Shown here in pieces: positions 37,439 through 48,259 of a DNA stretch of 64,000 nucleotides. This DNA is from Basidiobolus meristosporus CBS 931.73 (lineage: Eukaryota > Fungi > Basidiobolomycota), in NCBI GenBank assembly GCA_002104905.1, contig MCFE01000039.1, positions 139,632 to 203,631 on the forward strand, in the 5' to 3' direction. The translations under genes were made by a program, and so were the position numbers. Numbering within the stretch: the stretch's first letter is position 1; each line of letters begins with the position of its first letter. A model generated the notes under the pieces. The model was not told the DNA's origin, made no database searches, and saw only the letters and a list, made by a program, of their open reading frames with translations.

Positions 37439-39268
37439 CTATGAATCAGTGCTGGTGCGGGAAATATATTCCTCGAGGGTGCAAGTTTGCTGTTCGCGCA
37501 AGTCTGTATTCCGCACCGTAACCTGGTTGTTTTGGAATTCATGCTCCCCGATGAAGACCACTTGGCGAGCGTTGGATTTGAGTGCCTTTGTCAGGGCTTT
37601 GCTCACCGGTTGCAATATATCGGAGTTGGGGTGAATTAACAAAACCTTTTCCCCACGGCCCCTAAGTAATCCTGCAACATGATGGGCATAGTAAGCAAGT
37701 TCTGAAACGGTAGCTTGAGGTGCAACTGAAGAATCTCCTGCTTCTGATCTCGCCAAGACAATAGCTATAGGTCGCTTTTCTTGCTCCAAGAGCGAATCTT
37801 CCAATAGGAGCGAGAGCCTCTCTATACCAGCAGCCCACCTAACCATGTGGACTGAATAAAGTTGATTTGATAATGATTGGAAGTCTTACAAGTTACCCTA
37901 TACCGGGAACGTTCTTTGGTCCCCCCATTTTCTCCACCAAGTTATCGTATCTTCCACCAGCCAGGATTGTGCCTTGCGAAGTGCCTAGCTTTTCGTTGGA
38001 GCACTTGAACTCCCATACAGTATGGTCGTAGTAATCCAACCCACGGACTAGCTGGGGATTGAGCTTGAATGGAATGTTTAGTTGTTTCAGGCCGGAACAA
38101 ATGAACTCGAAGCGCTTGTTGGACTCCTCGTTGAGATAGTTAAGGATCTGAGGAGAAGAATTGACCACTTCGATATCTCCAGGGTCTTTGGAATCAAGAA
38201 CACGAAGAGGGTTGTTCTCGAGCCTAGTGAATGAAGAGATCAGCACTGGTCATTCTACTCGAATCTATCGACAATACACTTACCTGCGCACGCTATCGGA
38301 AGACAATTTCTCGACATTTTCTCGGAGATAAGAAGTGAGAACTTCGCGATATTTGATGCGTGAGGCCACGTCGCCCAGGGAGTTGATGTGAATCTAAGCC
38401 AATACTTAAGGTGGTGCATTTTTGGCATAATTCTAGTGAGAAGGAAAGCTCACCTCGACATTTTTGTCTAGTCCAAGCTTCGACAAAAATCTCCAGCCCA
38501 TCTCGATTACCTCGATATCAGAGGATGGGTGACCAAACCCGAAATACTCGGTACCAAATTGCTCGAACTACATCTAGTGTGAATATGTGTTTCTCGTTGT
38601 TCAAACCCCGAGCTTACCTGTCTAAGTCGACCCTTCTGAGGCCTTTCGTGCCGAAACATTGGCCCGTAGTAGTAGAGTTTTTGGGAGGTAGAGTGTGCCA
38701 GGCCGTTACTTATCACAGCTCGACAGATACCTTGCCAAATGATCGGAATCGTGTTACGGGGAGTTCAGTGTATTGCGACCTGGAAGTCTTACCTGCAGTT
38801 CCTTCAGGACGCATGACAAGCATGGAATCATTTCTATCTTTGAAGCTGTACAATTCTTTGTTAACAATATCCGATTCTTCTCCCAGTGTTCTGTCGAATA
38901 CGTTCAAAAATTCCAGGATTGGGGTTGAAATCTGTCAATGCAAGCTTCAGTATACGGCTGCGCTGAGCTACCAGGCCTACAATTCAAACCTCTTGACAGC
39001 CGTATAGCTCGGATACAGAGGAACCAATTTGGCAAATGTGCCTGAATTTTTGACTTTCCAGCCCATACCGATCATGCATGCCACGTACAGGTCGTAACAC
39101 TTCTTTCTTGACTTTTCACAAGTTAAAACGTGATGCTTGGTAACGTATGGTATTAGAAGCGACTTGAGTACCTTTGGAGGAGTAGCATCTTAGTAAGTGG
39201 GAGCGGGCAACAAAGTGCTGTCCCGTTCCACGCAATAGAAAACTCGAGGGAATACCAAGCGGAGTCAT
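37439..39268 (-). CDS. hisS: Mitochondrially targeted, bacterial-type histidyl-tRNA synthetase, multi-exon
   Basis: Presequence-like [32 protein letters not shown], then [60 protein letters not shown]|WAAGIERL. Confidence 0.9.
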
Positions 39269-39509
39269 TTCTCAACTGCTTGCCGCTATTCTTGGACTAT
39301 AGTCTAACAAAGACTGTTCATTTGCACTGCACTTTCGATTAAAAATTTCGCATTCACCAGACACCATGGTATCGATCATCCCAATCATGCAACTACATTG
39401 ATTTACCATCCCATATATTTTGAGGATTCCTAGATGACTAGCATTTTCTGATTAATATTCGTGCAATAGCTTACCTTTATTTAAGACTGTTGGGCAACAT
39501 AGCTTCATA

Positions 39510-42500
39510 ATGACTTCACCACTGACACGGGACGGATGTGAAGTTCTAAGACAACAAGCTCTCGAAAGGCTCGAGGATTTGACAGAGAATGGAGCTGGCC
39601 AACGCGCATCTAATGAACCTGCAACAAACATTCGGCTGCAAGTTATGAGGCTTTTGCGATGTAAGGATAGTCTGCGATCTTCGTAAAAGACATTTGGCCG
39701 GGCCTAAAAAGACAGATTGTTGACTTGTTGCACTTCGTAGATACAATCGATGTTCGCGCTAGATCGTTCTTCGAGAACGTTGCTCAAATAGAAGATTCAG
39801 TCGTAGATATTTTTGATATGGTAGTAAGCGACGCAGCGCACAAGGTGAATTTCGAGGCTGCCTTCTTGAGAGAGTAAAATATATTAATATGAAGACCATT
39901 CATAGCTCAAGGTAGTCCTGTCACCCGAGCTGAATTACTTGATTTACCAAGGCCTGATTTGCGAAAAGGCAGTTATTGAGGTACATCTCCCTTTCAGAAC
40001 GCGTCCGTTCCATCGTAGTCGTTTACATATACTTCACTACAGATCCAGGACTGCACGTTAAGATTCCGGGAGACAGACCTGAGTGCAACTGAAATCATCA
40101 TTTTGACGAAAGTTAACATATTGGACTACCAAGTATCAAAGTATTATAAGAAAAAGGGCCGCGAGGTTTGGTTCCTTTTCTAGTGTTGTAAATATCGGAT
40201 CAATAATGAACGCACTTCAATTCCGCGATATGTAGGATATCAAGTATCTGGTGGAGGCCAGCAATGAGTTTCTACCGCTCACCAGTCGCCGTTGCTCGTA
40301 TCTTACCCCTCTGGGTGACGATGATTTTTTGCGTGATGACCACCGTTGGGTTAAGCAAGATCTAAGCATGAACAACGTACGCCTATCCTTTGCCATGTTC
40401 CAATTCGCCCGGCTCATTGCTATTTACAGGATTTTAGACTGGACCATGCCGGCGTATCTCTTGCTGACATCTTGAAGGGTTTGGAAAAGAGCTACACATA
40501 CCGACCCCCAATTGTTGGGAGGATCATGAAGAAGTCAACAGTGGCGTATTATGGCAAACCCGAGGATGTCAAGGCGAGTTACCCATTCCAGTTCACCATC
40601 AGCATAGGTAAGTTGGGCTGGATATCTTTTGGTCGCTTTTGAATCCTCACCTCTTGCTCTTCTGCTGCAGCTGATGATACGGCAAGTGTGTCAGTCGTGT
40701 TCTGGAATTCGTCATGTCTCAAGTATTACCAGTCGTTGGCAGTCAACCAGATTGTTCAGATCACCGGATACAAAGTGCGCCGTGCCTACGAAGGGAACGC
40801 ATCAAAGATCGAATTGTCAATCAACCCGAAGAATCCCACTGGAGTAATCGAATCTCTTCAAGGTAACCATTGGGCATCAACTTCAGTGGGTCAACAGGCT
40901 GTGCTGAACTTTTTGGATCTGTAGACAATAATTTTGAAGGATGGTCTCAGGAAGAGATCTTCTCTCGCTACCCTCTGCAAATCCCAAACATCCTAAGCTT
41001 CAGCACTCTGCCACAGCTTCCTGACGAAGCGGAGGTAGATATCGTCGGGTGTGTTGTATATGTCGGTCGACTAGAAGCCGAGAAGAGAACACCACATGGG
41101 TACTTGACGTGAATACATTGGGTATTGGTGCGTTTAAACTAATGCTTCGCGTTGACTCAGGTATTCGGAGTTTAGATGGATAAAGCTGCTCGATCGAACC
41201 GAAAATCAGGAGGTTATTTTAAAGATGTATGCCTGCTCACAATTAAAAGCACTCCAGAGGTTAGTTTCCGTACGCCCTTCATCGCTCGCTTCTTTTCTTA
41301 ATCTATAGCTACTCGAATTAGGGTGGAAGTCGGCAGTGTGCTACTGTGTACCCATGCTCACATCAGCAGCATCACATTAAATTCGGTTACCCCTCGCACC
41401 ACCTATGCTACGTCTTCATGGTATTCGGAATACAAACTTATCAAGCCTGGTAAACCCTTACCACCTCACTTGGACCAGGTTGGCGTCGGCATTGATCAAA
41501 TATCTGTTATTACTTTAATAATCTCCCCTCTTGTACTAGTATGCTCCCAGAATTTCTGCCAAACTTGTTCATAATTTTGCATCCAGTAGGTTCCATTTGC
41601 GCACGTATATATGGGAACTAGGAATTAATTTACATTGGCTAGGTGGTGGCTATTTCTCTCTACCGACGCCATTCTCTACCGTTAGGGATTTGCAGCTGTT
41701 CGATGCAGACTTCGAATTGACTCCTTTCAAGTAAATTTCCTGTCCCTACCATCAAGTGCTTCATGTTTTTACAACGGTTCTCGTTCATACTAGCGAAGTG
41801 GAAACTTTCTTTGATAGACTGGCTCAACGCGAGCGAATCCAAATCGTGTGCCAGGGCTTCGTACATGGAATTCACCTAAGGCCAAACAAAAGAAGGCATG
41901 AAGGAGAGACTATGGATCCAAACATACCCGAATTCTCCGACAAATTACCAGTCTCATATGTAAGCTACAAGCAGCGATTCCTTGATTGTTACTCAATATA
42001 TATAATATTTCTTTCTTTCCCGTCTCAGAGGCTACAAAATACTTCAATAGATACAGAGGACCCTATAGAAGGGGCGCTGACTATTAGCTTGGACTTGATC
42101 AGCATTAACCGAGATATTACGCTAACGCCATTAATTCTTCCAAACTGTGCAGAGTTTCAAACTGGCAAGAATCTCCATAGCGTAAATATTCTGGCTCTAT
42201 TCTATAAAAGGAACGCCACCTTTCCACTGCTAATATACTGGTTTTCAGCAGGATTCCATGTCCTTGTGGACCTGGCGTACTTTCTTGACTCTATTTCAGC
42301 CTTTTCTACCGAGGGGAGTTTTCAAAGCAGAGCCCCCAGTTGATCGAACTTCGCCTTCAGCAGGTAAAATGGAATGTTTCGAAAGGGCGGGATATCGTTG
42401 CGTGATAGTAACCACCTTCCTCGTTTAGGAGCTCTTGAAAGTATTACATAACCAGCGTCTGGTTTTCGTGCTGGACCTGATACGGTACAGGCCGGAGGAA

Positions 42501-42542
42501 ATTCACTTGATACTCTCCAAGGTCGTCCAAATCACTAGTTAA
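39510..42542 (+). CDS. RADX: RADX (RPA-related OB-fold ssDNA-binding protein) homolog, multi-exon
   Basis: Spliced by eye: [96 protein letters not shown]. Collinear with human RADX motifs as recalled. Confidence 0.8.
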
Positions 42543-43382
42543 TCAGCAAAACCATTGCTTAGAAACTTGTTTAGAAAAGCATCAATGATCTTTTTAAGGA
42601 ATTTTAAGCGCAATGCTCATGGCGTACTATAAGCCAATTAAGATAAACGCATTTCAATTGGATTCAGAGACAAAGCACTTATGAAAATAAACTGGGCCAA
42701 ACCTGATGAAATTGCATTAATGCACACGGAATCATGGTTAACGTTTCACAAGAGGCGGTGCCAATGTGCTTAACTTAAATTGAATTCATTTCTGCATGTT
42801 TGGGATGAACGATGAAACATGAAGTCATCTGTTAAGTGCCATTTGACATGTAAACGTAACTTTTCTATACTTAGCGCTTTTGCCATGAAGGCGGACGCCA
42901 TTGGCCAACTGGCTCATTGCATTCCTCCATACAAATGTCATGTGCGTATTATTTCATGATTAGCTTTCCCAGGAGAATAGGGAACTAAATATAGTGACTT
43001 GCTTTATGAATTGGATCTCTACATAAACCCAGTCACAATACTCTCAACATTGATGGAAATATATAAGTCACAATATTCCCAACATTGATAGAGATATATA
43101 AGCCGCCAATGGCACATCCTTCTTGCCCATTCAGACAGCTAAAAAACTCCCGATCGCCAATTGTTTCAATAGGAAGCTTATCAATCGCCTGAGCACTCTT
43201 ATCTCCCCCTCTATCTTTTCACCGTTCTTATCACTCGAACGTTTCTGTTCCGATTGTCGTGTGTTGGGCGTTAGAGTACGATACTTGGATTATAAATTCT
43301 CTGCCACTAGACTTGACAGCTCTTATTTTTTGAAGTCATTTTCCGCGAACTGGTTTCCTTGCATACTCTCCATCTATAGATC

Positions 43383-44978
43383 ATGTCCCGCATGCTTGCG
43401 TCGCATTTCCTCTCCTACTGCAAAAGTGCTGTAAAAAGATCCATTCCAGTAGCCTCCTTGCCAGTCAGACCGCAGTTAAACCCTCGGGCACTCGGAAGTG
43501 TGTGGCCACTCGGTTCCATGATCAAAAGAGGTCATTACACAGAACACGACATCTCTACCCCGATAACGTCGAGTTCTGAAAACACTTGCAAAATCCTACC
43601 CAAGTAAGCCTATCACACTTTGTTGTGTGTTGCCAAAGAGTAATACTGATCCAGCCTCAACGGTTGTCAATAGAACAGCACGGGAGACATTTGATGAGGC
43701 TTGGTCACATATAGAAGGAGAGTACGGAAAGCAGAACCTTAGGTACTGTACTATCGACCGAATCGGGAATATTCCCCTCCATGTCGATACTGATCTTTCC
43801 TTATAGATATCCCACAGACATCATATGGCTAATGGGTAATGTAGATTTGTATTGCTGGCATACCCAAGTTACCCGAACCAATCGTGGGAATTTTGTATAG
43901 GTGCACCAGGGGCTGGCAAAGGCGCCAACACACCATGCATTCTAAAAGCCAGAAAGATCACCAATCCATCCATTTGCATGAGCTCGCTTCTGACATCGCC
44001 TGAAATGAAGAAGCTGATGGATCAGGGAAAGATGATCGGTACTTGTGCTACTTCTTCCAATCCACCCATCCACCGCTAAATCGTCTACTTCCCAGAGGAT
44101 TCGCAAGTCTTGGAGCTGATGTTCCGCGCATTGCTAGATAGGGATTCTAACGTTGGGGTTTTGATCGATGGGTTCCCTCGAACAGAAACACAAGTGTCGT
44201 GCTTGAAGTATTTTTATGACAAGCTGGTGGAACTTCACGAACAGTTCAAGTACACGCCGTTGGCGAATCGGTTCAGGTATGCAAAACTTGCTCGTATCAG
44301 GCATGGTGCCGCCGGGTTAATGAGTTGATGGAATGTAGAATGCCCAGTTTCAGTATAGCTGTCCTCTATGTCGACGAAGAGATCAGTATAGCACGCCAGC
44401 TGAAGCGTGGTAAACAGATTCGAGAGCATAACGAAAAGGTAAGATACGTGGTATAGATCCCGTGTGACGGCTATCTTACCATCAGATTCCGTAGGTGAGA
44501 AAAACTGGAGTGGGCCAGCTGTTGGAGGAGCGTGCTACCGATTTCGATGAGGAGGTGAGTCCCGGTCTCTCGATATAATCGGTCAATACTAATCGCTTAT
44601 GGACCACCAGATCGTCCGCAAGCGCTATCAAGTGTTCACCCAACATTACAGCGCTTTGATGGAGCTTGGTAAGTGACAGCACGCGGCCCAACCGCTTCTG
44701 ATCATTAACTCGTCGGCATCCTAGGCAAATACTTTCCATTTCATTTGGTCAATGCCTCCTCCACGTTGGAAGATGTGACTCGTCAGTTTAATGCCCTGCT
44801 AGGTAATTCCCTCCAAGTGATATCAAACGTTGTAACAAGCAAACTCACAATGCATCAACCAGATCCAACCAGTATATCAGATCAAAATGCTGACATCAAC
44901 ACATCCCCATTTAAACCAACAATGAAGGAGCATCCAGGCACCCAACATAAACCATACAACCTGGAATCCCATCAATAG
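43383..44978 (+). CDS. Adenylate/nucleoside-monophosphate kinase with putative mitochondrial presequence, multi-exon
   Basis: P-loop WLMG|APGAGKGANT, LIDGFPRTETQV, LYVDEEISIARQLKRG. Exact 3' end uncertain. Confidence 0.8.
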
Positions 44979-45122
44979 CACCACTAATCTTAACCATATA
45001 GCTCATTGGTGTCAAACGATCATCCCTTCATATATCTACGAAACACCACTGGATCAGAATAAAAGAGTAAAAAACTGGTCTTTTCACAGCAAGTGGTCGT
45101 TTATTTGCAAATGGCTGGAATG

Positions 45123-46342
45123 TCACTCTAGCCCTGTTTGTTTACGACGAATGTGGTCCAGGGCCTGGGCTGCCTCACGTTGGCATTCCTTATAGCCGAT
45201 TTTACGAGCGTGGTTCATGGACTGTGTATAGTACTTCATAGCTCCGTCGGTTTGACCACTCATCTAAAAAACGTTGCTGAGTTGAGGAAATGTTAACCGA
45301 TGTTTCGAGAAATTCTTACCTCGTAGATCATTCCTATGTTGTAAAGTAGCACGCCACAGCTTTGGTCACATTCGTGTTTGTCGTCTCTCCCGAGACGTGC
45401 AACATCGAGACCCTTTCGCGCCCATGCTTGCGCCTCCTTGTATTGACCCATGTTGGCAAAGGCCTCGGATATGTTGCACATTATGACTGAGGCGTGGCAG
45501 TGTGTCTCGTTCAAGGTGGAGAGTGCACGGATGTAGAGTGGAATAGCGTAGTTATATTTCCCATCCATTGCATAAAACATGGCCAACGATTCTAGCGAAG
45601 CACCAATCTCTGTTGGAGTGATCCATTCGGGGAGCTCAAAGTACCTCCCTGAAGGTAGCTTTTCTGAATCACTCTTAACCACCCTATGTCGAAGCAAGCG
45701 CTCTACAGCCCAGACATAATATTTTTCCGCCATGCTTCTGGCATGAATCTTTTCATAAAGCTCGCCTAACTTTTGGGCAATACCCACCGCGCGGATCAAC
45801 TTTTCTCCAGCAAGTGGAGTCTCCGTGACGGTTGAATTCAGCCTCTCGTAAGTCACCTCATCAATGGAAGTTTCCTTGTTCTCAGAGACTAGGAGATCAA
45901 AGGCCTTTGTGTAGACTTCGATAGCCTTTTCCCAATTCTTCTGGTCTTCATAGAAAGTTCCAAACTGTATAATGAGCCCAGTGACTTCAGAAGAAGTATC
46001 TTCTAGTTGCGGACTCTTCAGGGCTAAATCAACTGCTTGTTCATAGTAAGGTAAAGCTCGTACAGGGTCCTCCTTGTATTTGTGATATAGAAGAGCCTTT
46101 CTTAGAGGGCTACGAATATTCGAAGGATATCTGCGCACGCCATGATAATTGTATTCGTAATATGCACTACCTAGTAGACCAACCGTGCACAGGGTGAGGA
46201 AAGAGGTTCTCAATAGGGAGGAATCGCTTTTCGCCTTCTCCTTCAGTAGATGAGGATATATATGAAGCTGGCGGGATTTTGTAACGGGATAGGTACGTGT
46301 TATAATGCCAGGCCTTCTGAAAGCCACTCTAACCAAATTCAT
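45123..46342 (-). CDS. MGR3: Mitochondrial inner-membrane TPR protein, MGR3-like, 2 exons
   Basis: Basic presequence, one TM segment (SFLTLCTVGLLGSAYY), YPSNIRSPLRKAL, SSEVTGLIIQ, TPR helices; last exon MSGQTDGAMKYY..GLE*. Confidence 0.6.
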
Positions 46343-46566
46343 GATGATATTAAACCATCTCCTCCCCTACCTCGACCTCAAGAGCACTAAAATTTTCCAT
46401 TAGATGACGAATTGGGACTTGGCTGAATGGGTGCAGATGAATCAATGATTGATTTTAATCAACAAAATTCAAGTTATCTAACAAGTTGGGTTATAATGAA
46501 TGAGTGCTCGCAGAAAAGGGAAGATTGATGAACGCAAAAATATCTGATCGACCGGGTTTTCGTCGA

Positions 46567-47049
46567 TCATCTTCCCAGTACCTCGCTTCTGGTGGACTCG
46601 GCCGAAGACAGCACCAGCTTCATGATGGGGTCGCTTAGGTTGATATCCTTCATTGCTTTGGCCAAATTCTTTAGAATCGCATCAAAGTGCTTGTCATTGA
46701 AGTCAAGTAGACGCTTATGGGCGGCACGCATGCTCCGGCCATTATATGGCTTGCCACCAAGAATGTGCAACAGATACTTGGACATCATCCACTTTAAATG
46801 CTCCATATTGACCCCTTTGAAATACTGTTTGATCCGGCGATCACGAAGGTTGTATTTATAAAACCGATCCACAAGTACTTCGATCATTCTTTCGCTAAAT
46901 AAGTCCAGGAGCGTCGGCACACTGGAGTGGGTGTAGTTGGGGGTGACATCTTCCTTGTGCCAGTATTCGGTGACATTGGTAATGCCAAGATTTGCTGCGA
47001 ATGGACATCCTGTGAATCCCGAAGACGCAAACTGGTTGTTTGGTGACAT
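46567..47049 (-). CDS. Group I truncated (2/2) hemoglobin, intronless, 160 aa
   Basis: VLVDRFY (B9-B10 Phe-Tyr), RIKQYFKGVNM (CD1 Phe), LGGKPYNGRSMRAAH (EF Gly-Gly, proximal F8 His), HFDAILKNL, STRSEVLG. Confidence 0.88.
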   Translation of the reverse strand: MSPNNQFASSGFTGCPFAANLGITNVTEYWHKEDVTPNYTHSSVPTLLDLFSERMIEVLVDRFYKYNLRDRRIKQYFKGVNMEHLKWMMSKYLLHILGGKPYNGRSMRAAHKRLLDFNDKHFDAILKNLAKAMKDINLSDPIMKLVLSSAESTRSEVLGR

Positions 47050-48259
47050 GCTCACTTTTCTAACTGTGTCAGGGATTTGAAGTATCTTTATGTACTGGGT
47101 TGACCTAGCAAGCTCACAACCCCCTGGATAGGTCTTAGACTGCATCTCTGATCGTTTACATTGAATTGTCCGCTCAATAACCCGCCAGATCGTTCGCATC
47201 GAATTATCCGCTTAATTGCTTATCTACATGGCCGAGATAGAGCTTGTGCAATGGACATATTACGAAAACCCATCATTCTCCCTAGTGAAGTGATTGAGAC
47301 CACAGCAACAAGGTTCCATATCTGAGGAGCAGATGATGAGCGTTGCGAATCAGTGTTTGCATCTTTGTGCATGTAAGGTGACGATGCTCTTATTATCGAT
47401 TATTCTAATCCACTATCTCGAATCTAGCGCTGATATTGATTATTCTACAATAAGGTTGTAACGTATTTGAATGCATGGAGAGAGAGGCTGATGTAGCGTC
47501 CATGGTTCGTCCCCAATTCTCATCCTAATTACCAGTGTCTCACGATCTGACTGGATACGTTTCTTTCCTCAAGGGGTGTGGTATCGATATCGATGGTGCC
47601 TACACCCGCCCACACTTGCCACACTTTTCTATCATCGGCAATCGCTATTCACCATCATCACCTGTCACTATTCACCGTCACCTGTCATTATCCGCTCACC
47701 CCTTAAAATACCAACAATGATGATCGGCCCATTGCGGTCGGTAAATATCTTTATTGACAAACGAACACAAGCGGCATCCGTGTTAGGAGGTTCCTTCAAG
47801 TCTGAGACAAAAGTGTGCTGTTTGCTTTTCATAATCCAAGCTCAATTGGTCATAGCTGTTGACTTGGACAGTTACTATGGTGGTGCCATCAACATTACGT
47901 TGTCTTCATGAGTCAGTGTGGAGAATAGGGATGCATTATGTAAGGAAATAATAGAATCCATACAAATGCCGGTTGTCAGCCTAATTGTCTTAGACTATAT
48001 GTTTGATGCCAGTCCAGCTTTGAATTGTTCGCATTTGACTTGAATGAGAAACATTATTTGAATCAGCGTTAGGCTCTTTTATACTCGTAATGAGTACTGA
48101 AACTATCCACTAGCACGGATAATGTATTGTGTACCTCCGACTAGTTAAAAGAAACAACAGAATCCAAGTTGAATCCTCGTTCCAACCATCACTAGTGTAT
48201 TATTCGTTACGATTTTTCTCCCGCCCTTTTGATCCATATTCTCACGTACACTTCGATCA

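Noticed and set aside
24366-47049. Possible purine/NO/CO2 metabolic gene cluster (XDH, carbonic anhydrase, kinase, globin)
   Set aside because: The genes are separated by unrelated housekeeping genes, and I saw no shared motif or pathway logic supporting co-regulation.
47645-47687. Short CTATTCACC..TCACCTGTCA duplication between the globin and medA genes
   Set aside because: Low-complexity pyrimidine-rich leader sequence; no testable function evident.
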